From contig JAFDEI010000006.1 of the NCBI GenBank assembly GCA_019310425.1, forward strand, positions 1,034 to 65,033: 64,000 bases of DNA, given 5' to 3'. The translations under genes were made by a program, and so were the position numbers. This stretch comes from Deltaproteobacteria bacterium. Its GTDB lineage: Bacteria; Myxococcota_A; UBA9160; SMWR01. This document shows positions 16,961 to 25,732 of this stretch, one piece after another (position 1 is the stretch's first letter; each line of letters opens with the position of its first letter). The notes beneath the pieces were generated by a model. That model made no database searches. It was not told the DNA's origin and worked only from the letters and a program-made list of their open reading frames with translations.

Positions 16961-17487
16961 CTGGCGTCTCCCCAGTTGAATCGCCGGGTCTTCAGCTCGA
17001 GCGTCTTGGGGGCCGGGCGGTCGGTTTCCTCCCAGCTCACGCGAACCGAGACGTCGCGCAGACACGGATCCGGGTTGCCCCCGACGACGACATCGCTGAC
17101 GAGCCACTGGATATTGTAAGAGTGCTCGGTTGTGGTACCCCCGCCACCGGGGACGTTCACCGTCCGGTTGACAGTCGAAGCTGCGCCGTTCCATGAGGGG
17201 TTGGTCCAGGTTCCGATCGCCTCGGCGGTGTCGAGCTCGCTCCAGGGGATGCGCCGTATCTGCTCGATGTAGGCTCCCGCGGTTGTTGAGGCATCCTGGC
17301 TATGTCGGCCGGCCGAGCCCTGCCGGAATGCCTGGAGCTGCATCGCCGCGAGCGTCAGCAAGCCGAACGCGAGTACCGTCATCGCGATCATCGCCTCGAT
17401 CAGAGTGAATCCGCCGGCGTGCCGGACTCCGCGCAACATCAGCCGTGGCTGCTCGATATGAGTCGAAGCTCGCATCATTTCTTCCAT
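16954..17487 (-). CDS. pilV: type IV pilus minor pilin PilV-like protein
   Basis: Prepilin N-terminus AGG/FTLIEAMIAMTVL. Candidate starts are ATG 17487/17478/17475 (ATGATGA overlap with the fimT-like stop) or the later Met of MLRGVRHAGG. Confidence 0.7.
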   Translation of the reverse strand: MEEMMRASTHIEQPRLMLRGVRHAGGFTLIEAMIAMTVLAFGLLTLAAMQLQAFRQGSAGRHSQDASTTAGAYIEQIRRIPWSELDTAEAIGTWTNPSWNGAASTVNRTVNVPGGGGTTTEHSYNIQWLVSDVVVGGNPDPCLRDVSVRVSWEETDRPAPKTLELKTRRFNWGDASC

Positions 17488-18140
17488 TGGCCGGCGCTCG
17501 GAATCCAAACATGGGTTCGCGTGGTTCCGACATTCGAGAGCACGATCGCGTAGTCCCGGAGCGTGTTCGTCAGATAGATCGCGCCACCGCCGAGCCCGAG
17601 CAGGCCGATCGCGTCGCAGGCTCCGGCGTTCGGAGTGAAGAGACGAGGGATTCCATCGGGCTGGAACAGCACCCAGGTGGCGGGATTGCTGGCGCTGAGC
17701 GACGCGTCGGTGAAGCTCGAGCCGGTATCGACCTCGCCGGATGCGGCGCCTGAGTCGTAGGGCGCCGCGGTGCCGTTTGCGAGCGTCGACGTAGTGCCCC
17801 ACACGACACCGTTCACCGCGGTGATGGAGTGCCGGACTTCACCCGCGTCGATGGTGCAGTTCGCAGTGGCGGGCAGGCCATCGTCGACGATGACGATCGG
17901 ATCGGTGGCACCCAGGCTCTGCTGGAAGATGACGAGATGCGTGTTGCCGCTTCGGATCGCTTCCGAGCGCGCGAGAAAGAACGCGTCCGCGACTGCGCGC
18001 GCGGCTCCCTTCAACCGCTGGTTGCTGATGGCTCCGTTGAAGGCGGGCAGTGCGACCACGACCAGGGCACTGACGATCGCGAGTACGATCCCGAGTTCGA
18101 TCAGGGTCATGCCTGATTGCCGTCGTGTCTCCACACTCAT
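17475..18140 (-). CDS. fimT: GspH/FimT-family type IV minor pseudopilin
   Basis: Prepilin N-terminus RRQSG/MTLIELGIVLAI. A GspH-like body follows (RLKGAARAVADAFFLARSEAIRSGNTHLV). Confidence 0.7.
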   Translation of the reverse strand: MSVETRRQSGMTLIELGIVLAIVSALVVVALPAFNGAISNQRLKGAARAVADAFFLARSEAIRSGNTHLVIFQQSLGATDPIVIVDDGLPATANCTIDAGEVRHSITAVNGVVWGTTSTLANGTAAPYDSGAASGEVDTGSSFTDASLSASNPATWVLFQPDGIPRLFTPNAGACDAIGLLGLGGGAIYLTNTLRDYAIVLSNVGTTRTHVWIPSAGQWKK

Positions 18141-18508
18141 CCTCCAGCACCGGGGGACCCCTCGGCCGAACGCGGCCGGTCAAGGACTCCACGCAGCTAG
18201 TTTCGGCCGGACGGCCGAGATTCTTGATGTTTCGAGCGACTCGCAGCGAGCGGCGCCCGACGGACCGCGAGCGTCTCTCATTGACGCGATTCGCCCCTAG
18301 TTGCACATGCGCGACGCTGTAGCGCTGCGAACTGCGGGTCAGGCGGGTTTCGTCGCTCACGCACACGCAACTGTTGTGCGGAATCCCGGAGGGCCGAGCG
18401 GAGAAGGCGTTTCAGTGATTGAGGCGTTCGCCCCTCACTTCGGGCTCTAGTTGCCCGAAAGGACGGCCGATATGAGAGGAGCCCTCAACGCACCTCGAGG
18501 AAGAAATC

Positions 18509-21500
18509 ATGTTCGGCACCCGATCGACCCCCCGGATCCCCTCGACCCCGCGCTCGACCGCACTCGCGGCCCTCGCACTCGCGCTGCTCTTTCCCGGCCC
18601 GGACGGACGCGCGAGCGACACAGATCTCTTTCGCGTCAGCGTCCCGCCCAACATCCTGCTGATGGTCGACAACTCGAGTTCGATGTCGAATCAGGTATGG
18701 CATTCCGATTTCAATAGCCTGATCGTCGAGAGCGGTGTCACCAAGCCCGCGAGCGAGCAGACGGAGTGTGAGTACTTTCGCAACACGGTCGGTGTGGGCA
18801 AGTACAAGATCTACATCACCGCCAAGCGGTTCTCCTACAAGGACACGAACGGCAGGACCATGCGCTACCGCTCGGGTACCGATAAATGGTGGGAACTACT
18901 GTTCCCGATCATGCACCCCGACGGCAGCGAGATGTACAACGACATCGATGCAGACGGTGTTCAGGACGCCGGCGAAGAAGACCTGTACTACCGCTTCCCC
19001 GATCCAACGCAGAGTGACACCAATTGGAATAACCAGACCAACAGCGAAATGAAACCAGTCGTCGACTGGCAGGGAAATCATCTCTGGTACGACGCCGACG
19101 GTGACGGAATCCAGGAAGCCGGCGACCGCGACCTCTACTACCACCTCAAAGCCAGCAACGCTATCAGGGGCACGGCTGCGAAGATCGTCTCGCGAATTAC
19201 GAGTGTGGGCGAAGCCCTCGCCGCGCGCATCGATCCGATGACGCTCGAGATCCAGAATTCGGACATCTGCGGCACCGATGCAACGGGATGGTCGCTCTGG
19301 GACGGCAACGACCCGCTCGCCGCGACTCCGGGCGGCAAGGTGATGAATATCAGCGGCGAATATCTCGACTTCCTCTTCAGCTCCTTTGGCGCGACCGCTC
19401 GGGCGGGGACATTTGCGCCGACCGTGGGCAACGACGGCATCCGCACCAAGACCGATTGCGTGACGCTGATCGGGTCGGAGACCTCGACTTACGAGACTTA
19501 TCGCAGGAGCCGAATCCAGGCTCTCACATTGATCCTTCGGACGGTGATCTGTGAGGTGAATCAAGTCGGCAATGTGCGTTTCGGCTTCGCGCAGTTCCGA
19601 TTCGCGGGCAAGTCCGGCGACGACAATGGGGGCTACGTCGCCGTGCCGATCGAGGATTGGTTCGAGTCCGACGGGGTAACGCAGAAGACTTACTCGCTTC
19701 ACGGAAGCACCGACACGCACGAGAACCACCTGCGCCGCGTGATCCGCACCTCGGCCCCGGACGCCCAGACGCCGCTCGCCGAATCGATGTTCCAACTCTA
19801 CAGCTACTTCATGAGCCGCGAGGTGGACGAACTGCCCGAGGGCCGGGATTGGGAGGGCAATACCACCGGCGTGACGTTCCCGGTCTACAACTACGACATG
19901 TCGCTCTACGACGCGCTCGCGGGTTACGACGCCGACGTTGACTCCTTCCCCCCGAATCTCGAGGATGTCGGAGGCCGCTACGTCGGCCCGGTCCCTCTCG
20001 ATCCGACCGATGACGCGGATAGCGACGCAGCGCCTGATCCGTTGCTCTACCCGTGCCAGAAGAACTTCGTGCTGTTCATTACGGACGGGGAATCAGCCGG
20101 TGACGATTTCACCGACAACGACGACAAGATCAACGCGCACTTCAACCCCACCCCGGCAATCGACACTCACACCGATATCGGCTACTCGGACTTCCTGGAC
20201 CTGATCGGAGATCACTACCGCGCCGATGCCATCGGTACGGCGGACGAGGACGAAACGCCGAGCGGCACGAAGACCGCGTACATGGACGACATCGCCTACT
20301 TCATGAACCGCTGGGACTTCCGGCCGGACGAAGACGACATGCCGGGCGTGCAGACGATCGACACCTACACGGTCGGTTACTCGCTCGATTCCTCCTTGAC
20401 CGGCGTCGTAACGACCGCAGAGAAGGCCGCGCTTCGCGGCAACGGCAGCTATTTCGAGAGTTCGGATGCAGACGCCCTGGCCGATGACATCATCGAGGCG
20501 ATCACCGAGATGATCGACAAGGCCCAGTCCTTCACCTCGGCGACGGTTCCCGCCAGCCGCACGACCGATGGCAACAATTTCTATTCGAGTTACTTCCTGC
20601 CCAAGGACGATTCCGGCTTCTGGGAAGGCCACCTGAAAAATTTTGAGTTCTCGGCGTCGGGCGACATCCTGACGCCCACGGGCACCTGCGCGACGGGCTC
20701 GGACATCGCTGCGACGCCGCCCTGCGACAGTGGCTCGCTGCGAACGTTCGAGGACGGCTTCTGGGATGCCGCGGAAGAGGTCCCCGATCCCGCCGATCGG
20801 AAGCTATTCATCGGGTTCGGCGGCACCGACTTCCTGGTGCAGCCGTACGAACTGGATCCCGCCTCGGGGACCGAAGCGGTCTGGGCGATCCTGCACGAAC
20901 TCGCCGTTGGGGCGGACGACCTCGTATCTCCATACGATTCCCTGGGCTCTCCGACGGCGATCGAAATGATGGAGGCGCTCCACGAGGTCATGCGTGGCTG
21001 CGAATTCGGCAGCTCGCCATGCGCGCCACGGGTCAACGACGCCGGCAAGAAGATCTATCTCGGTGACATCTTCCACTCGAACCCCGCTGTCGTCGGCTCG
21101 CCGAACGCTCCGATCAACGAGGCGTCGTATCGGGAGTTTGCGCGCTACTACCGTAAACGGACGCGGGTGATCTACGCCGGCGCCAACGACGGTTTCCTTC
21201 ACGGCTTCCACGCCGGCACCTGGCAGGACTACGAGGACGACGGCATCACGCCCCTCATTCCGCCGCGCCACGACCGCGGCACGGGCGAGGAACTGATGGG
21301 CTTCATTCCGGACGGTGTCCGAACGAAGATCAAGAATCTCCCCAAGGTGGATTCGTTCCCGCGGACGATGGAGACGGTCGACGGCTCGCCGATCGTCGCG
21401 GATGCGTGGTTCTATCGCGACGTGACGGCGGGTGAGATGGGCGCTGTGAACCCCTTGTCGACACCGGACAACCTCGAGAAGGCGCGCTGGCGAACCGTGC

Positions 21501-22942
21501 TGATGGTCGGCCTGCGCGACGGAGGCATGTCCTATTCCGCGATCGACATCACCGAGCCGACCACGGCTGCCAGTGATACGAGCACCCGCTACCCGCGTTA
21601 CCTCTGGGGCTTCCCCTGTGAGTACTGTGGTTGGGCCGAGAACAGTGACACGGGATCCGAGACGGACCACATGGGCTACACCTGGTCGGAGCCGGTCATC
21701 ACACGCGTCCGCGTGAAGGTGGACGGCGGGGCGGACCCGCGCGGTTACGACCGCTGGGTCGCGATCTTCGGCGCGGGTTACCACGCCTGGGGCGATCCGA
21801 ACGGTTCGGACTACAAGGAGTCGTCGGACGCGGGATTCATGCCCTACGGCCGAGCGATCTACATGGTCGACATCACGACCGGCGAGGTGCTGGCGAAGAA
21901 GGTGTTCGACAGCAGTGCGTCCGCACTCTCGAGCACCCGGACCCCGCAGGTGGGCGTGAAGGAGTTCCACTATGCGTTTGCCTCCGCGCCGGCCGTCTTC
22001 GATCTGGACTTCGACGGCTATGCCGACGTGATCTACATCGGGGACCTCGGCGGCAATCTCTGGAAGTGGGTCGTGACGGCGCAGGGAGACGACCCGATCA
22101 ACAACGTCTCGCTCAACAAGGACGTGGCGCAGCCGAACTGGCCGTTCCGGCGGATCTTCCGCGCCGGGACCAGCCTCGAGCCGACGCTGCCGAACGAACA
22201 GCTCGGGAGCAGTTACTCTTCGTCGGTGCACTATCAAAGCTTCTTCTTCCCACCGACGGGAGTCCTGCGGCAGGGGAGGTTGGTCATCGCTTTCGGTGCG
22301 GGTGAGCGCGAGAGCCCGAAGGGGCCGGACGCGATGTACGGCGATGATGATGCGACGAACAACAATCACTACTACGTCCTCAAGGACGTCAATCCGACGG
22401 AGTCGGGTTCGGTCGATCCGCATCCGATCAACGATTCCTTCGATGAAAGTGATCTGGATGATCTCGACGACGGGACGGTTCTCACATGTTCCCAGATGCA
22501 TGCCACCACCAGTGGCTATTTCATGACCGCCAGAGATGCGGAGAAGTTCATCACCAATAGTGTGATCTTCCTCGGAACCGTCTTCACGGGCTCCTTCATG
22601 CCCCCGGATCCCGCCAACTCAGCCGATATCTGTGACGCGTCGGGGAGCGCATACCTGTATGCATTCGACCTCGACTGCGGCACCGGGTTGTTCAGCAGCA
22701 CTCCGGGGGTCGCGATCGAGCAGCGTCGAAAGGCCATCGGCAGCGGCATTCCGACGCGACCGCGGGTCTCGGTCGGCCAGATCAACCAGGGCGGTGGCGG
22801 TGGTGGCGGCGGCGGCGGTGGCGGCGGTGGCCCGTGTGCCAACCGGGTTCTGATCATCACCAGTGATGGCGACATGGTCAACGACTGCCCGGGCACCGCG
22901 GCCTCCAGCGGCGTGAATGTCCGATCGTGGCGAGAACGATGA
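18509..22942 (+). CDS. pilY1: PilY1-family type IV pilus tip adhesin / biogenesis factor with N-terminal vWA domain (1477 aa)
   Basis: Signal peptide. vWA MIDAS VPPNILLMVDNSSSMS, with FVLFITDGES about 470 aa later. PilY1 blocks YAGANDGFLHGF and DLDFDGYADVIYIGDLGGNLWKW (calcium-site-like). SD GAGGA lies 9 nt upstream of the ATG. Confidence 0.85.
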   Translation: MFGTRSTPRIPSTPRSTALAALALALLFPGPDGRASDTDLFRVSVPPNILLMVDNSSSMSNQVWHSDFNSLIVESGVTKPASEQTECEYFRNTVGVGKYKIYITAKRFSYKDTNGRTMRYRSGTDKWWELLFPIMHPDGSEMYNDIDADGVQDAGEEDLYYRFPDPTQSDTNWNNQTNSEMKPVVDWQGNHLWYDADGDGIQEAGDRDLYYHLKASNAIRGTAAKIVSRITSVGEALAARIDPMTLEIQNSDICGTDATGWSLWDGNDPLAATPGGKVMNISGEYLDFLFSSFGATARAGTFAPTVGNDGIRTKTDCVTLIGSETSTYETYRRSRIQALTLILRTVICEVNQVGNVRFGFAQFRFAGKSGDDNGGYVAVPIEDWFESDGVTQKTYSLHGSTDTHENHLRRVIRTSAPDAQTPLAESMFQLYSYFMSREVDELPEGRDWEGNTTGVTFPVYNYDMSLYDALAGYDADVDSFPPNLEDVGGRYVGPVPLDPTDDADSDAAPDPLLYPCQKNFVLFITDGESAGDDFTDNDDKINAHFNPTPAIDTHTDIGYSDFLDLIGDHYRADAIGTADEDETPSGTKTAYMDDIAYFMNRWDFRPDEDDMPGVQTIDTYTVGYSLDSSLTGVVTTAEKAALRGNGSYFESSDADALADDIIEAITEMIDKAQSFTSATVPASRTTDGNNFYSSYFLPKDDSGFWEGHLKNFEFSASGDILTPTGTCATGSDIAATPPCDSGSLRTFEDGFWDAAEEVPDPADRKLFIGFGGTDFLVQPYELDPASGTEAVWAILHELAVGADDLVSPYDSLGSPTAIEMMEALHEVMRGCEFGSSPCAPRVNDAGKKIYLGDIFHSNPAVVGSPNAPINEASYREFARYYRKRTRVIYAGANDGFLHGFHAGTWQDYEDDGITPLIPPRHDRGTGEELMGFIPDGVRTKIKNLPKVDSFPRTMETVDGSPIVADAWFYRDVTAGEMGAVNPLSTPDNLEKARWRTVLMVGLRDGGMSYSAIDITEPTTAASDTSTRYPRYLWGFPCEYCGWAENSDTGSETDHMGYTWSEPVITRVRVKVDGGADPRGYDRWVAIFGAGYHAWGDPNGSDYKESSDAGFMPYGRAIYMVDITTGEVLAKKVFDSSASALSSTRTPQVGVKEFHYAFASAPAVFDLDFDGYADVIYIGDLGGNLWKWVVTAQGDDPINNVSLNKDVAQPNWPFRRIFRAGTSLEPTLPNEQLGSSYSSSVHYQSFFFPPTGVLRQGRLVIAFGAGERESPKGPDAMYGDDDATNNNHYYVLKDVNPTESGSVDPHPINDSFDESDLDDLDDGTVLTCSQMHATTSGYFMTARDAEKFITNSVIFLGTVFTGSFMPPDPANSADICDASGSAYLYAFDLDCGTGLFSSTPGVAIEQRRKAIGSGIPTRPRVSVGQINQGGGGGGGGGGGGGGPCANRVLIITSDGDMVNDCPGTAASSGVNVRSWRER
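22790..22831 (+). repeat. GGY trinucleotide tract encoding 14 consecutive glycines in PilY1
   Basis: ggc ggt ggc ggt ggt ggc ggc ggc ggc ggt ggc ggc ggt ggc, read directly from the sequence. Confidence 0.95.
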
Positions 22943-23289
22943 GAAGGGGACGCAGCATGCGAATTCGTCTGTGGATCGGAACCCTGGCGATCGTCGCCGC
23001 GCTGGTGGTGGCGGCGGGAACCGCAACCGCCGAGGAGGATCGCTGGATCGTGGCCGGAAGGCTCGAATCCGTTGATTCGGAGGGGCAGCGGATCCAGGTG
23101 AACGGACGCTTGCTCCACGTCGGGTCACGCGCGACGATCAAGCTCGCTGGAGGTGAGCCCGGAAGCTGGGCCGACATCGTCGATCGCGAGGATGAGTACG
23201 TGAGCGCGCTGGTGCGAAGGGGCTACCAAGGCGCAGACGAGGTCTTCACGATCGTACTCGAGGACGAGATCGAAGACGGCGGCGAGTAG
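22939..23289 (+). CDS. small secreted protein translationally coupled to pilY1
   Basis: ATG 22939 overlaps the pilY1 stop (ATGA). Signal peptide IRLWIGTLAIVAALVVAAGTATA and an acidic C-tail. Alternative start ATG 22957. Confidence 0.5.
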   Translation: MRRGRSMRIRLWIGTLAIVAALVVAAGTATAEEDRWIVAGRLESVDSEGQRIQVNGRLLHVGSRATIKLAGGEPGSWADIVDREDEYVSALVRRGYQGADEVFTIVLEDEIEDGGE

Positions 23290-23369
23290 AGCGCCGGCTG
23301 CGGCTTGCCGGTGTGGCCGGGACTGGCTCCAGGCCAGTTCATCGGACCCGAAGCCAATGTCGGGCCGTG

Positions 23370-24770
23370 TCATTCGACGTAGCCCAGCGCTTCGAGGCCG
23401 CGTCGTACCTCCGTGCTCGGTGCGACCTCGAGGGTGCGGTCCGGATGGCGCGCGAGCGCCTCGTCGAGCAGTGCTGCGAGCCGCTCGCTGACGTTGGGCT
23501 GCGTGGTGAAGAGATTGCTGCGCTCGCTCGGATCCGCGGCGAGATCGTAGAGCTCGTCCTCATTTTCGGTTGCTCGGATCAGTTTCCAGTAACCGTCGCG
23601 CACGAAGAAGAGGGTTCCGCGGTGCCCCTGGTAGGGCCGGGGGTAGTTTCGGCGCCGGCCGAAGATCGGTCTCGGCTCGGCCACGCTTCCGCTCTCGAGC
23701 GCCGCCAGGAGTGATCGCCCGTCTGGTCGGCCGTCGAATGCGAGCGAGGCCGCCGCCGCGATCGTTGGGGCCAGGTCGATCAGCCCGACCGGCTCGGCGA
23801 TCCGTCGCCCCGCAGGAACATGCTTCGGCCAGCGAATCAGCAGCGGCACTCGGAGTTGTTCCTCGTAGATATTGGGTGCGTGATCGAGTGTGCCGTGCTG
23901 ACCGAGCCCCTCGCCGTGATCCGCGGTTACGACCACCAGGGTGCGATTCCCGAGCCCGCGCGACTCGAGGCCCGCGAGCAGGCGCCCCAGCGCCGCGTCC
24001 ACCGCCAGGACCTCGGCCTGGTAATTGCGGAGTGCGAGGACGAGCGCTTCGAGCGTCAGTCCAGGCAGTGTCTTCCTCAACGCTTCGATTCGTTCACTGG
24101 CGGCTGCGCGAGCGAATCCGCTCGGCAGCCGTGCGGCGCCAGCGGGGAGTGCCGCGTAGGGGGCGTGCGGGTCGAAGTAGTGGACGAACAGGAAGAACGG
24201 CTCGTCGACTGATTCGAGCCAGGGCAGGGCGCGTGAGTTGGTCGCGGCTGCGCGTCGATCGAATCCGTCGAACTCGTACTTGCGCCACTGGCCGCCGCGG
24301 CTGCGCAGTGTTTCGCCGCTGCGCGGAAATTCTGCGTCGTAGTGGTCGAATCCCTGGTTCCAGCCGAAGCGCGGGTCGAGCACGAAGCTGGAGGCGAAGG
24401 CCGCGGTGGCGTAGCCGTTGCGCTGGAAGACCTCGGCGAGGGTTTCGGCGGTATTGGCGAGCGGGATGCCGTTGCGGAGCGCGCCGTGGTGCAGCACCTC
24501 CTGGCCCGTGAAGAGCGTCGCGTGGCTCGGCGTGGTCTGGGAAGCGGGCGCGATCGCCTGTTCGAAGAGGGTGCCTTCGCGGGCGAGACGGTCGAGCGTA
24601 GGCGTTGCGACCGGCCCCCCGTAGGCCCCGACCGCATCCGCGCGAAGCGTGTCGATCGTGACGAGCAGGATATTGGGAGGCGGTGGTGGCCCGCAGCCCG
24701 CCGACCCGATGAGCGCGAGCAGGGCGAGCAGGATTCCGAGCTGCCTCCCCGATCGGCCGATCGTCCTCAC
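23370..24770 (-). CDS. sulfatase-fold (alkaline phosphatase superfamily) lipoprotein with Thr at the nucleophile position
   Basis: LLVTIDTLRADA metal-site block. The signature position reads TTPSHATLFTG instead of C/S-x-P-x-R. VVVTADHGEGLGQHG is present. Lipobox-like SAGC. Confidence 0.8.
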   Translation of the reverse strand: MRTIGRSGRQLGILLALLALIGSAGCGPPPPPNILLVTIDTLRADAVGAYGGPVATPTLDRLAREGTLFEQAIAPASQTTPSHATLFTGQEVLHHGALRNGIPLANTAETLAEVFQRNGYATAAFASSFVLDPRFGWNQGFDHYDAEFPRSGETLRSRGGQWRKYEFDGFDRRAAATNSRALPWLESVDEPFFLFVHYFDPHAPYAALPAGAARLPSGFARAAASERIEALRKTLPGLTLEALVLALRNYQAEVLAVDAALGRLLAGLESRGLGNRTLVVVTADHGEGLGQHGTLDHAPNIYEEQLRVPLLIRWPKHVPAGRRIAEPVGLIDLAPTIAAAASLAFDGRPDGRSLLAALESGSVAEPRPIFGRRRNYPRPYQGHRGTLFFVRDGYWKLIRATENEDELYDLAADPSERSNLFTTQPNVSERLAALLDEALARHPDRTLEVAPSTEVRRGLEALGYVE

Positions 24771-24912
24771 CTCACCTCCGTGTTCGGGACTGCGACGGGC
24801 GGTGTTTCAGCGGACGCCGGTCGCAGCCGCCTGGAGAAGGTATCAACTTTGCTTTCGGGATCCGCCCGTCTGCCGTTATGCTCCGGCTGTCGTCCACCGC
24901 GGGGTTTCGAGT

Positions 24913-25605
24913 ATGCGCCTGATCCCGACTTCTGCCAGCTACACCGGCCTGCTCGGTCTGTTGGCGACCGCACTGATCGTGCCCCGCATCGCTCCGGTCG
25001 GTGCGGGGCTGCAGTTCGCGATCGAGCTCGCGATCGTGGCTGCGATGGTAGAGGCGGTCCGGCGGCTGCAGGCGCGCGTCGAACTGGTGATCGTCGTTGC
25101 GGTGGTAGCGGTACTGGCTCAGTCGGCGGCGGTGATGAAAGTCATCAGCGACATGCCGGTCTGGGTGGTGCTGAACCACGCTTCATCGGTCGTATTCCTC
25201 TTTCTGGTTCTGGGCTGCATCCTGGTCAACGTCTGGCGCCAGCAGAGTGTCGAGACGGACACGATCGTCGGCGGCGTTGTGGTCTATCTGATGTTGGGGG
25301 TCGCGTTCGCCGGCCTGTACCAGCTGGTCGAGTTCCTCGCACCCGGATCATTCGTGGTCTCGAACCCGGAGGCCGGAAACTGGGGGCCGTGGGAGCCTGA
25401 AGTGGGGGTCTATCCGCGGCTGTTCTTCTTCAGCTTCGTGACGCTCACAACCCTGGGCTATGGCGACCTCGTGCCCGCCGGCGAAACTGCCGGGGCGTTG
25501 ACGAGTTTCGAAGCTGTGACCGGTTCGTTGTATCTGACGATTCTGATTTCGCGACTCGTCGGACTCCATATCGCCGGAAGCCGGGAGAAGGCGGCCCGGG
25601 GCTAA
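24913..25605 (+). CDS. two-TM-type potassium channel family protein
   Basis: Selectivity filter TLTTLGYGD between hydrophobic helices. Additional N-terminal TM helices are present. Confidence 0.75.
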   Translation: MRLIPTSASYTGLLGLLATALIVPRIAPVGAGLQFAIELAIVAAMVEAVRRLQARVELVIVVAVVAVLAQSAAVMKVISDMPVWVVLNHASSVVFLFLVLGCILVNVWRQQSVETDTIVGGVVVYLMLGVAFAGLYQLVEFLAPGSFVVSNPEAGNWGPWEPEVGVYPRLFFFSFVTLTTLGYGDLVPAGETAGALTSFEAVTGSLYLTILISRLVGLHIAGSREKAARG

Positions 25606-25732
25606 AGGCAGCGGATGCGCTGGGCCGGATCCAAACAGCGTCTCGCTCGCCGCGGTAGCGGCCGCCGGTCGATCCGCTTGCATATGGGGCGATTCCGCGG
25701 CATCTCTCCGCCCGGGAGGGGGGAAGAGGTCC

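Noticed and set aside
18360-18380. Sigma-54-like element / inverted repeat in the fimT-pilY1 intergenic region (minus strand CCGCAC-AACAG-TTGC), and the three CTAGTT motifs at about 18195, 18296 and 18447
   Set aside because: The essential GG of the -24 element is missing (CCGCAC versus TGGCAC). The plus-strand GGGCTCTAGTTGC has GG-to-GC spacing one nucleotide off. The CTAGTT recurrences are too short to exclude chance.
20804-22501. 565-aa ORF antisense to pilY1
   Set aside because: No motifs and an Arg/Val/Asp-rich mirror of the pilY1 codons. The PilY1 frame carries clear family signatures.
22790-22831. Possible CRISPR or other non-coding tandem repeat
   Set aside because: It is an in-frame GGY run inside pilY1 encoding poly-Gly. 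No repeat-spacer architecture exists anywhere in the window.
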